From assembly GCF_021028975.2 (NCBI RefSeq), contig NC_059434.1:30628001-30692000 (forward strand): 64,000 nt of DNA, read 5' to 3'. The position numbers were made by a program, and so were the translations under genes. Below the pieces are notes generated by a model. The model did not search any database, was not told where the DNA came from, and saw nothing but the letters and a program-made list of their open reading frames with translations. Positions 1-12,599 of the stretch are shown here, in pieces. How positions within the stretch are numbered: the first letter of the stretch is position 1; every line of letters begins with the position of its first letter. This DNA comes from Sphaerodactylus townsendi. Its lineage: Eukaryota.

Positions 1-1725
1 GATTTATCAAACTTCTGTGGAAGGCAACACAAAGATATACTTTATTTGAAACAGAAACAAAGTATAACTAAACAGAGTGGGCTCTTCATAGTAAAAAAAG
101 TAACAAAAATCAATCAATTCTATATCTAACATGTTCCATGAATTTATAGGGTTGCCAGGTTTTCCACTGTGGCAGCAGACATCCTGCTAGCAACTTGTAT
201 TGCTTGCTGCCAGTCTGAGTGGTGGTGGAGGAAGCATAAAAATACTGCTGTTGTTGCATGCACCATTATGTCATTCTAAGGAAAACTGCGAAACGATGTC
301 ACATTGCTCTAGGAAACACTGGAGATTTGATTATTTTACCATAGAGTTTCCGGCAATTTCTAGAGCAATGTCATTTCTATTTCTTTCTTTAAGTGAAATC
401 AGGGCATATGTGCTGCCTGTCCTCCACATGTCCTGTCCACCCAAGCTCTCAGTAGTGACCTAGCAGCCCTAACTCCTTAGCCAATAGAGAATCCTTCATT
501 CTATACGGTGTTCCACATAAAGACCTGAGTAAAATTGTAATTTCATCCACCTTTTCCTCCAGCCCCACCCCCACATGCTCCATGCCCCCACTAATCTTTT
601 ATTCCACACCAGGCTGCGATGAGTGGGGGACATCAGCCTATCAAGACTGTGTCTTGTATTCACACAACAACTCTCTTTTCTATAACCAAGCCACATATAT
701 TGGTACAAAATATTATAAGCATGTGGCAAAACAAAAAAAAATCAAAGCTCACTCCCATTGAACAAAAATATTTTTACAGGGATTTTATTAAGTTTGAAAA
801 CTTACTAATACAGGTAGTAAAAGGCATTATATATCCCATCAAGAACTGCATAAAACCAAAAAGTCTTCAATCCCTTTATTGCAACTCTGTATCCTTCCTT
901 AGCAAATGAAGATACTGAAAATATGCAAGAAAATAATTGATCCTCATTTCAGTCCATGGCCTGAATAATGCACTTTCAATCCACTTTCACAATTGTTTGC
1001 AAGTAGATTTTGCTATTCCTCACAGTAAAATCCCGCTGCAAAGTGGGTTGAAAGTGTATTATTCTGCATATGACTTTCAGTCATATGTTTTCTTTCAGTC
1101 ATGTTTTCTTATTACCGGAGAAAAGGCATTTCAGAACATAAATTGTGCATATCTACATGCCATCTATCTGTCCATGCAGGGTAAATATAGCAAGAAGTGG
1201 CTAGCAGGTCAATAAGTAGTAATAGTGGTGTTTTAGTCTTCATAAAAGTTATGTAGAACATTACAACTCTGTAATATCTCTGTTATATTTCATCATATGT
1301 GCTTGCAAGTCAATCTTATGAGTCTGCAGATAAAAAGAGAATCTATTTTCTGTATGTTCATATTTTGTGTGGATTTGACTTATTTTGCAGTTATTTTGTT
1401 AACTGTTATACTGTTTTGTATGAGGCATTAGACTTTCATGCAGGTGCAAGTTTGCTTATTCAGAGTTAGCAGTTTGTACTTTTGCAATATCATTTTGGTT
1501 TTCTACTGTATTGTACTAAAACAAGAAGTATGCCTTAAAATAGACTAGTGGACAATACCTTTTCCATTAAATATAATATATAGTGCATTTTTTCACTTCC
1601 TTATTCTTCAGACAGTTTTTTGTTGTTTCTCCTCTAATAGGCTAAAACTCTTTAAACATACATGGGATTTCCTTTAAATGATCACAGAGAATAATATAAG
1701 GGGTTTATACCAAATGGATTATAAA

Positions 1726-1929
1726 TACGGTTGCCACCCTCCAGGTGGCGTCCAGAGATCTCTCACTATTCCAATTTATCTCCGGATGATCAAGATCTGT
1801 TCCCCAGAAGAAAATGGACACTTTGGGGATATGGACTCTATGGCATTATACCCTGATGAGGTCCCTCCCTTCCCCAAGTTCCATCTACAAAATATCCAGG
1901 TGTTTCCCATCCAAGAGCTGGCAACCCTA
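1726..1929. mobile_element. hAT-like MITE with TAGGGTTGCCA termini; relatives at about 147-471 and 13288-13440
   Basis: TACGGTTGCCA...TGGCAACCCTA ends; flanks ATTATAAA/TTTATAAA resemble an 8-bp TSD. Confidence 0.65.
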
Positions 1930-2417
1930 TTTATAAAATTACTCAGATACAGCTACTTTATATTAATCTTCTGGAAAGTGAAAAAAATCTGTCTTAAAAT
2001 TTGGAAAATTAAATACATTGACAAAGATACTCCATTGTCTAGATTATGAATTACGTTACCTATTCTAAAGTCCTGGGTTAATTTGCATTGATTGCATCAT
2101 AAGAAGTTGCTAACATGCTTTTGGGGACTATCAGTTAAAGGAGCCTTCAGATGTCTCTATTGGTGGGTTCATTTTCACTAGGTATAAACTTGGAAGTGCT
2201 ATCCTAATGCTGGATTTTTTTTGGTCTGGTAGGTTTGTCCCTTTTCTTAGGGGACATTCCAAATATAAAGCTTGTATTTGTATATCTGTCTGAAAGTCAT
2301 CTGAAAGAAATTCTGTGTAGAAGTTGAGAATAATTACACACTTCTGTTGACATGCTACTATTTGTCCTTTCATTCTTTATTGGTTAACTATCTTTCTTAC
2401 CCTTATTGACTTTATAG

Positions 2418-4789
2418 TGACCCAGTACCAACTTCAGTGCCCCAGTCTGATGTTTATAGGATGCTACATGATAACCAGGAAGGATCAAGTCAACCACGTC
2501 AGTCTGGTTCCTTTAAGATTCTCCAGGATATGGTCTCTGACGAATCTGGTTTGTTCTAGCTTATACCCATCTTCCACTGATTTTTATGCTCGTATTGTGT
2601 GGTCTTCAGTATGTATGTAGCAGAGTGACTGAGAAAATGAGTTGGTGCTCCTTGGCCATCACTTGTTAAAACCTTAGATCTGCCATAAACTCATTAGGTA
2701 GACTTATTCATTTCACTCCACCTCAGCCTCAGTTCCTCATCTGAAATATGAAGATAATAAGCAGGGGAATCTCACACCCACTCCTCTCCATGCTGTCTTC
2801 ATTTTCCTGCCTTCCCTCCTGCAGGTTCTCCACTTTCCCTGCTTCCCCCCCCCCCCTACTTCTAACTTTCAGTATCCTCCTTTTGCTTCATTTTCTTTGC
2901 TTCATTTTCTCCTTCTTACCCACCCAACTCACCTCCAATGTAAAACTGACACTGTGGCAGCCATTTTGACTTTCCTAGGCAACCATAATTGTCTAGGCAA
3001 TCCAAAATTACTACTAAGGCCTCATAAGGCAATTTGGTTAGATCTTGACATCTTGAATATTTTTAAATTTCATTTCACTCCACAGTTTTTTTTATTAAAA
3101 ATGTTTGTACATCTGAGTGTTTCCCAAGGCTTGCAAAGACATCTCCTCTGTCTTTTCCTGCCCTACTGTGCAGATTTTTAAAAATGATTCACAAATAATT
3201 GGAATAAATTTATGGTACAATCTATGCATGCAGCCTTTGGCCCTAAAACATTAAAAATGTATCAGCAAGAAGGGGGAGTTGTATACAGTGTTGCAAACAA
3301 ACATTTATTGCTTAAAGCTCTGGTTCTAGAAATTTAGAAGCCCAGCACTCTGAACTGTTTTGTGCATTGAAATGTCTTATTTTTTTCCCCAGATGGACGG
3401 CCAACTGGTACAAGGAGTGTGAGAGCACCAGTAACAAAGCCCTCTTCTAGTTCAGGAAGTGTTCCAAAGGTTCCCTTGTGTGACAAGTGTGGAAATGGAA
3501 TTGTGTAAGATTTTCATTTTACTTTTAACAAACGCATATCATAGATACTCAGAAGAACTTGTTCTTATGTTCTTATAAGGGGCTTGGACAGATTTATGGA
3601 GGAGAAGTCAATTTATGGCTACCAATCTTGATCCTCTTTGATCTGAGATTGCAAATGCCTTAACAGACCAGGTGCTAGGGAGCAACAGCCGCAGAAGGCC
3701 ATTGCTTTCACATCCTGCATGTGAGCTCCCAAAGGCACCTGGTGGGCCACTGCGAGTAGCAGAGAGCTGGACTAGATGGACTCTGGTCTGATCCAGCTGG
3801 CTTGTTCTTATGTTCTTAACTCACAACAAAACTTAAGAGTGAAATGGTAAGGGATTTATCTTGAGAATGAAAATTCAGACTATTCACAGAATGAAAGCAT
3901 TTTCCACACAGACCATATATCCTTGGATAAGGAGGTAAAACATCCCGGTTTGGCCATGACTTCCGCATGGCTTCCAGGTCTAACGGTGGTCTGCCCCGCA
4001 AGATTTCCTTTATCCCACGTCTTTTAAAAAACGATAAATTTGGCAGTTCTTTTTTTTAAAAAAATGCCGCTCCTGCTCCCATGCAAACCCCATGTGAGAC
4101 AGACCTGTTTATTTTTCCCACCTCGCCACCTGCAGCCAATCAGAATGTCTGATAAACGGGACAGTTCGTGCATGCGCAGCAACGTTGCCAAGGAAAATGA
4201 AACTAAATTGGGGGGGGGGGGCTATGCAATTTCTTCCTCCCAATACACTGTTTTAAAATATTTCAAGTTGAAGGTGCTGGGGCAACTTCAAGGCATGGAC
4301 TATAAATAACATCTACAGGTTCTGTGTTGCTTTAAAGTTGGCAAAGCTGCTGAATTATTATGTGACCTTCAGGGCTTCTACTGAAATGGAATTTTAGTAC
4401 TGTGCCTAGTAGCCCTGTGCTGTGCAGATTGTATTTAATAAGACTATAAGTATAAGTTTAGACCTGAGTCACTCTGCATAGGATTGCACTGTAAGCATTG
4501 ACTGCAAGCTCTAGTTGTACTGTAATATTTTATCTAGCTTTTTAAATCATAATGTTTTGAATGATATTTAACCTCTGTTTGTTTATTTTTTCTCTTCAGT
4601 GGCACCGTTGTAAAGGCACGTGATAAGTACCGGCACCCAGAATGTTTTGTGTGCTCAGATTGCAACCTCAACTTGAAGCAGAAAGGTTACTTCTTCGTGG
4701 AGGGACAATTATACTGTGAAACCCATGCCCGAGACCGCATGAGGCCACCAGAGGGATATGAAGCAGTCACTGTTTATCCCAGGGCTTAA
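2418..4789 (+). CDS. PDLIM3: PDZ and LIM domain protein 3 (ALP), last three coding exons; 5' part lies outside the window
   Basis: Exons 2418-2548 ([43 protein letters not shown]), 3393-3504 ([15 protein letters not shown]...[11 protein letters not shown]) and 4600-4789 ([62 protein letters not shown]). All junctions GT-AG and in phase. LIM zinc-finger pattern matches the recalled human PDLIM3 C-terminus. Confidence 0.96.
3576..3818 (+). mobile_element. 5'-truncated CR1 LINE 3' end
   Basis: GGACTAGATGGACTC...TGATCCAGC followed by a (TTCTTATG)n tail; homologous to the copy at 25846-26006. Confidence 0.8.
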
Positions 4790-6302
4790 GTGTCTGAAAA
4801 CAAACTTACCTGCATGCACAAAACCATTTTCAGCTTACAGCACCAATACAATCCCGGAATCCAACATATTGCTTTTGGGTGGGGGCGGGGGGGATAGGGG
4901 CATATCTACCTAAAATGGCAACCCACAAACACACCTGTGCCTCACCCCCACTAGACAGGGCATAGTTTCCTGCTCACAGTCTCCACCCCCACACTCGACC
5001 TCCATGTGGAGGGGAGAGCAGAGCCCCATTCACAATCTTCACATGGAGATTCCAATGGGGCAAGCCAGCTTGCCCCTTCCCCTCTCTACATGGAGGTCAG
5101 GTGTGGGGCTGGCTCCATGCCAAACCCCACATGGAGGGGGGAGCAGCCTGGGATTGTTCTAACATGGCTGGAATGAAGCTGGCTTCTCTGGAGCCTCCAG
5201 CTTTATACTGTTGGCTCTACCCCCCCTCCACCTCTTGTTGGGGGATGGAGCCAACAGTATAAAGCTAGAGGGATCAAGAGCAGCCAGCTTCAGTCTGCCC
5301 TTGGCTAAGCCTGGTGGCTCAAACAGGCCCTTGGTGCTCCCATGTCCACACGGAAAGTCTCACCAGCCTTCAACTGTGCTCCAGAATGGGAAGTTCCCAA
5401 TCGGGATTCAGTTGGGGGCGTGAGGGTGGCTGCAAATTGGGCTCCCCAGAAGTAGCTTGAGAATCCCCCTGTCCCCCTAGGTACACTACTGGGGGCGGTG
5501 GGGGAGAGCACAGAACAGAATGCTGACTTTCCAGTATCCTGTGCCTCTGTCTTTTTATTATTATCATGACTGCCAGTGTAATCTGATGGCATATAAAGTT
5601 AATATAACATGCAGCATTAGATTAAGAGCCTTTGAATTTATTTTGTTTATGGTTACCAATAGTGAAAAAAACCTGTATACTTGTCCAAATCTTTAAATTC
5701 CTTTTTTTACAAGTAACACTTGAAAGGAATCCAGTCCAGAGTACTCGGGCCTCTGAAAACAAACCCCTTAGGCTGAAGATATTATATAGTGATCACTGTG
5801 CTATGAAAACACTGTGAGCAATTTTCATGTCATCTATCAATACTTCTCTTCAATGCATCCTGTGGGGGCAGGGGGCTGCCTGAGGAGGAACCGGTGATAT
5901 GGCACTCCTTGCTGGAGACTACAAGGGTGACGAGGCAAATGAGTAGAGTAGAGCTACACATGATTTGCTTGTGGGGATCAGATGGCGCTATTTGCCTTGG
6001 TAACATCCAGTGCAGTGAAATGCTCTGGACGTGGTGTGTGTGTCTTCACTCTTAGACATCTATGCATTATTTTTAAATCATTTATATCTAACAATTACAA
6101 TATCATGCATACTATGAGGTAGAAATTCATTTTCCATACTTTACCTCTCAACTTGTATGTGTTAAACATAAAACTTAAGAAGTCATTTTCAAAAGAAGAA
6201 AGGTTCCTACCCACCCACCTCCCAACTGAAATATATTGCTGTATTACTGTACGTTTATTTTCTCTGCCTGTGTTTAGCCATTATGCTGGCTATTCGCGAA
6301 GA

Positions 6303-6308
6303 AATAAA
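6303..6308 (+). terminator. Candidate PDLIM3 polyadenylation signal
   Basis: AATAAA about 1.5 kb after the stop codon; no transcript data. Confidence 0.4.
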
Positions 6309-8993
6309 TACATGAAAATGTCAGGATCGCCCTTCCAAAATCTGATTTTTTTTCCCACATAGGCAGGGGGAACAGATGCAGGGTGGGGTTGTTTTGGACA
6401 GTAGCCCTCCATACTTGGGCAAACTGTCTACCTCACATGTAGCTAAAAGCACATCTGGATCCATATCATGATGCCTATCTGGGCCATATGGGACTGGCTT
6501 GATGTATCTTGGGATGTATCTTGGGATGGACTGGCTTGATGGATCTTGGGATGCATCTAAGGCCGCTTAGCCACACCTACAGCTGAAATAGGGCCTTTGC
6601 TTGAGACCTAGCATAACAATTTGCACTTCAAGGGGGGGTGGGATCTCACTAATGTGTGCAAGTTCTTAAGAATGTTTAAATAGCTCTTTGGATACCAACC
6701 AAAGATGTTTGTGAACATTTAAAAAAACTGTACCTCACCAGGTATTCTGTAGACAAAGGAATTAAACATACACACACCCCAAAAAAACCCCAACATATTT
6801 TTTCTGTGTTAAATTAGCATCTTGCAAAAATGTGCAGATCAATTCAGAAATGTTTTTATGAATACTGTTATGATAGCAGTGGTGGATACTGCAAAGGAAA
6901 AAGGGACGGGTAAAATTTCTTCAAATTAGCCATAATTACTCCTGCACAGGACAAAATTTACATCAGCTCCATTCATTTTGATCCAAGAGAGTTTTCTGTC
7001 AAACAGGTTTATCTCTATCTAGCAACAAGATACGGTAGGAGATGGCTAGAACTAAGGGTCATGCATATCTCCATAATAAGAAGAGCCCACTTTATTCAGG
7101 TATTACTATAGTAGAGACAGGGTAATTGCTTCCTTTGCCCTTGGGGAGAGTAGCAGTTCTCACATTATACCTAAAGGCCAGAAATCTTATATTTCATATT
7201 CATTTCTCCAGGGAAAGTAAAAAGAGCTGGAGAATAAGGCCAAGCGAGGGCATGCTGTGATCATTTTCCTAAAGAGACCAAAGCAGCAGAAGATTTGTGC
7301 ACTATGCTTAAGTCTGAGCCAAAGGTTTGTGTTAGCATGTGGCCCTTTACCAAATTAAATGCAGAGACTGAAACTGGCTGTCAGTGTTGGCAGATCAATA
7401 CTTATATAATTATCCTATGGAATAGTTGTTGGTCTGCCAGGTAGTCAAAATCCTACCAGTTTCTGGCCCTGTGTTGATGAACAGTCATGTAAAATTTGAC
7501 TATGGTTCACTGTTAACTATTGATGTCTCCATTTGATTTTTAGAAATTATTCAGAACACTGTGCCCTTCTTGTCTGTAAATTGCCAATCTGAGTGCTTAT
7601 ACAGACCCCAAGATTCCCCAATGGAGAGCTCTTTTACTCCAGTGAACCCTGATCATCCGTATGAACTTGCCAATATTGTTAATAAAATGACTGACAACAG
7701 AAGTGAAAGACCATGGTCAAATTGAATAATTCCCATCCCTCTGCTGTATCTGTGGGGTGGGATAAGGTGGACAAATAAAAACACTTTATTTCCCAGGTCT
7801 AGCCCTTCTACTGGTCAGGGTCAGGTTGGTCTCCTTAAAGTATCATTCTTTGGATAGCATTAAAGAACAACAACTTTTGAATTATTCAGGTATTATTTTG
7901 ATCACACTGCATAGTGATATTTGGATTTTCTTCTCCAGTCACTAAAATGGCTGACTCTCTTCTTTCCCATTTATTGAGACACAATATATATATTGAGACA
8001 CATATATAAAGATTCCCATTTGAAGGGTGAACATTTACTGCGAAGTGGGGAACAGTTCTGCTGGTATTCAGAGGTTTATGACTGAATTGCCAGACAAGCA
8101 TGCTGCTTAATCAAATGCAGTTGACTTAAGTCTTGCTCACTACTGCATGCTAAGAACATAGCTCTGCTGGATCAGACCAGTAATCCACCCGGTCTGGAAT
8201 TATATATTTCTCAGTGGCCAACCAGTTGCCCTGTTGATTCCTAGCACTGATATTCAAAGATTGTCAACTGTCTCTGGATGTGAGGATTCCCTCTTTAGTC
8301 TAAGATGGTCAACCTCTGAGTAACAGTAGCTGCACATATATGCAACCTCAGTCCACCATAAGAAAAACACTGCTAGTATTGGTCAGCTAGATAGTAATTT
8401 CTGCTCGGCAATCCTACCTCTCAGAGAGGTGGAACACTGCTTCATTAGATGGCTCCTTTGAGTCAGTGATGGAGGCCTGGTTTAGCTATGATGAGCAAAC
8501 TGATGATGGGGCAACATTTTCCAGTGAAATGTATTTATTTACTAACTTTAGTTCTATCCTGCCACCCACCCACTTCTATCCTGCCACCCAGGACACAAAG
8601 CAGCATGAATCATGCTCCTGTACTCCATTTTATCCTCAACACAACAGTGAGGTTTGTTACGCTAAGAGTATGTCATGGGCCCAAGGTCACGAAGCAAATT
8701 TCCATTTCAGAGTGAAGATTCAAACCAATGGGTTTCCTTTGAACTTAGAAAAAGGCTATAACCACCACACCACAATGGCTTTCAATAAATGTACTTAGCC
8801 TGTTTTTCTTACGATCTGCTGGCAAATATCCTGCAATCCTGTTCCAATCTAACAAATGGGATTTGTAATCACATTTCAGATGTTGTTAAGAATGTTGTTG
8901 ATAGTGCCAGTTGATCCAAAGCCTAAATTTTATGATGCTGTGAGATGAATGGGAAACTGAGTACAAATCTGGAATCTCATGTGTGGTCTAAAA

Positions 8994-9855
8994 CAAGGGT
9001 CGGAACCCGCGGCTCGCGAGCCGCAAACGGCTCTTTCCCGCTTGTGGTCCGGCTCCTGGCATGGCCCCTTCCTCCCCTCTCTGGGGCTTTTCCACAGATC
9101 TATCCCTCTCTCTCTTGTCTCTCTCTCCTCCTCCTCCTCTCTCCTAGTCACCTCAGCTCTCCTTTCCACCCTCCACTTTCCCCAGCTTCTTCCTTCTCCT
9201 CGGAGCCTCGTTCTCGGCCGCCTTCCCACCCTCGGGCTTTTAAATCCTGGGCTCCCCAGTGCCTTCTGGGCTCCCCTCGGTCTCTGCAACAAGGCCGGGC
9301 CGGGAGAGGTGCGTTGCCAGCGGGTCAGGGTTCTTTTTCCAGTTTACACCGTTTGACTTCTATTAAAGCCCACTGCTTTTTTCTCAGCTGCACCGGCGCC
9401 CGGCGCCCGCCCCGTCAAGTCTGGGGAGGAGCCTCCAGGCACCCCCGGACACCCACGCTCCCGCATGAATGGGGAGCGTGCAGACAGCATCCCGGCCTGA
9501 GCCGGGCACTGCTTTTTTCTCCCCTCCCCTCAGGGTAGAATCAGGGGGAGCTGAAAAGATAACTGAAAGCTGGGTGGAAATATTAGAGACAGAACAAGGG
9601 GGAAAGGAGGAAACAGAATGGGAAAAGGTCACAATCAGAGGGTTTGAAGCGGACCCTGACGAGAAGGGAGAAGTTGAGGAAAGAGGAGAGTTGCCCTTTA
9701 CAGTTACAAAGCCGCGTATGTAGTTAAAAAACCAAACACATTTTCTCTCATTTTAAAATGCCAAAAGTATTTTATGGGTCCATAGCGAGTTTTTCTTTCC
9801 TCAAAGGAAAATGGGTCCAAATGGCTCTTTGAGTGTTAAAGGTTCCCTACCCCTG
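8994..9855. mobile_element. Non-autonomous hAT (Charlie-type) DNA transposon, 862 bp
   Basis: Ends CAAGGGTCGGAACC and GGTTCCCTACCCCTG; perfect 8-bp TSD GTCTAAAA at 8986-8993 and 9856-9863. Confidence 0.88.
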
Positions 9856-11159
9856 GTCTAAAACATAAAAGTACCAGTAAAATTACAGTACAGACTAAAG
9901 ACTTCTAAATATAACTGTTCAGAGCTGCTGTTGTGTAATATTGCTGGAATAAACTCAGCAGTTGGATTTCTCAGCTGCTATTGAACAGGTGCAACCATGT
10001 TCAATAACCATGATCTTGTGTAGCCATTAGAACTATTTGGAGAGGCTGCCAGAACCTCAGTAATGTGGCTACTGGTTTCTGATAGCTTGAGATGCATGAT
10101 CCTGATATACTATTCTTTGAATGGCAAAGGCTTTGTAAATCCTTGTAGATTGACCCCCTTTTAGTGATGACTGCCGTCAATATTCTGCTTTTCCAGGTCA
10201 TGACAATGGTTGAAGGAACACTAATTCCATTGGGTTACCCTATGCTTAAATTGTTGTGACTCAATGGTTGGGCTTAACTAGAAAACCTCCAGATAAAGCA
10301 TACAAACACAAAATATTAAGATGTGTATTTCAAAGTAAGAGTGCCCCATTTTGGATTCTCTAGTCCAGTGGTCTCTGATACATCTTAGCATCCATTGTCA
10401 CCTGGCACCATGTAATCTAATTAACTCTACAATCCCAAGAATACTTTCCTGGGCACAAGACCTACTGAATAAAATGGGACTTTGATTGGACCTTCTTAGG
10501 ATTCCTCTCAAAGTCTACAGTTTCTAATCATACAGGAAGTTCAAAATATGTGCTTTCCCCATGATGCCCTACAACACCCTCCTCCTATTCTTCAGACTAA
10601 TGAAGAGTTCTGAGAAACTTGAAAGGCTTCTCACTGCTGTGTGACAATTTCAAGGGTTCTAATAAAAAGTTATTGCTTTATCTTTATGTTGTGGATTTTT
10701 AAAAACACATGGACCAATATGATAATCTAGTTTCATGGGTTTTTTTCTCTTCAGTCCCCCCCAAATTAAAATATACATCTCCCAGTTATGCTCAGCACAG
10801 CCATATTCTCCTCTGACTTCCTGATTATATCTTTGTCTTAATTGGGGCAACAATACCTTTCCTCCTCCTTATATACACATTTCCAGCTGAGCCAATAAGT
10901 CAAGTTTTCAAACACATTGTTCATTGACTGTTTATTGATGAAGAACCCAGGAAAAGAGTGTTCTTAGTGATTCTGGATCTAAGATGGGGCCCCAGGATCA
11001 CTGCCACCCCACCATTGCCCTACTGCTGGTGCCAAGCAAGGAGTGGCCCTTGCTCAGTGCAAGATACGTGGGAGCCAGCTCGTGCCTGTCATTTTGTGTG
11101 CTGCTGCAATGAGTATCTGTGCCTGCCTTGTGTGCCGAAGGTTTCCCACAGAGGTTTCC

Positions 11160-11660
11160 TCTGCTAGCAGCTCGTCTGCTTGCTATTTCTATTTCAAAAG
11201 TTCATGATTAAAGCTAGTTTTCCCTGGCGATACTGTTTTTTTCTTTTTTCTTTGTTTTGAAGGGGTTGTCTTCATAGCTATGACAACACAATAAGAGAAT
11301 TGCAACCACTCAGAGGGCTAGTTTACTTCCCATTAGAAAGCAATGGGTAGAGGACAGGTCTACCTATGGTTGAAAGTAATGGGTAGGCCAGTCTTCCACA
11401 GAGGACTGGTCTACCCATTGCTTCTTAATGGGAGCTAGACCAGTGCTCCAAGTGGCTACGATTCTTGTATTGTGTTGTTGAAGCTACGAAGACAGCCCCC
11501 TCAAAAAAAGAAAAAGAAAAAAATGACACATACGCAGGATCACCAGGAAAAAGCAACGGCGAAACCTGGTTCAAGCAGAACACCATGGGTAAGTCTTCCC
11601 CAAACCGGGTTTGTTCGCTTCCTTAACACGCGCTTTTTGACCGGTGGGAAATCGACCCTA
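11160..11660. repeat. Long imperfect palindrome, probable foldback MITE
   Basis: GGGGTTGTCTTCATAGCT...CAACACAATA (about 11262-11310) is the inverse of about 11451-11499; nested hairpins in the centre. Confidence 0.6.
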
Positions 11661-12438
11661 GTCAGACTTGATTAGGAAACTGTATTTACTCCATCCTTTC
11701 CAGAAATAGAGCTTCTACAATAAATGTATATTAGTTCAAATAGAGTAATTTTGTTTCTGGCACGCACACATGCAGAGACTAGATGGGCTTTGCAGGGCAC
11801 AAAAGCCTTTGAACACTTTGCTAAATTAAACCAGCAAAAGACAGCAAAAAAGCCTTAACCATGAAACAACAGAATTAAGTATGCAAAAGGTCAAGAATGA
11901 ATACACATGTAGGGCCAACAAACTTTAAACATTCTATAAATAATAACAAAATGTAATATAGAATGTGTGCATTTATTGCCATCTAAAAACAGCACAATTA
12001 GGGCTCTTGATAACCTACATTACAAACATATTCATGTACAATTAAAACACAAATAGACAAACACATTCATTTTCAAACCACAACCAAATGTTTCAGCCAA
12101 ACGGTCTTCCTCAGTGGTCAAAAACGACACAAATCCCAACCACATTAAAAAATTGCTTTTTGAGATTTTTATGACAGTGGTAGATAATTTTGCATGACTA
12201 ATAATAAATTACACCAGAACTTCCTCGTACATTATCAACTTCAAACAAAAGGTGGCTCATGTAACCAATGTATAGATTTCTCATAAGAGAAAACATGGTG
12301 TATGAAAACTTGCTGCAGAAAAATTTAATCATAAGGACTAGAGCCTTGTCAGTAAAATGCCTGGAGAATGTACAGAGTTTTTCGAACTGAAGTGGGGCAA
12401 TTTTGTCGTAGATGGAAGAAAATACCTCTCTAATTTAG

Positions 12439-12569
12439 ACTCATTCTGTACAGAATATTTATAACGAGTTGCAATCGTTATAAATGAACTTATTTTCCCT
12501 TTTGATAAATGAAAAATGAATTCACTTATAACGATTGCAACTCATTATAAATATGCTGACGGAATGAGC
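12439..12569. repeat. AT-rich inverted repeat / small MITE just upstream of the CCDC110 promoter
   Basis: Arms of about 34 bp (ATATTTATAACGAGTTGCAATCGTTATAAATGAA and its inverse) plus CTCATTC/GAATGAG outer ends. Confidence 0.7.
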
Positions 12570-12599
12570 AAAAGCCTTATTTGTTGCGTGTACTGGAGC

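Noticed and set aside
4130-4205. CCAAT, NRF1-like and X-box-like motifs in the last PDLIM3 intron as an internal promoter
   Set aside because: Embedded in repeat-like sequence with no supporting exon; more likely transposon-derived.
6491-6560. Short repeated units resembling a CRISPR array; also duplications at 30641-30690, 33118-33157 and 44420-44545
   Set aside because: Eukaryotic context, two or three units and no unique spacers; these are slippage duplications.
8930-9723. Overlapping ORFs of 82-197 aa
   Set aside because: They lie essentially within a TSD-flanked hAT MITE, are low-complexity and show no transposase motifs.
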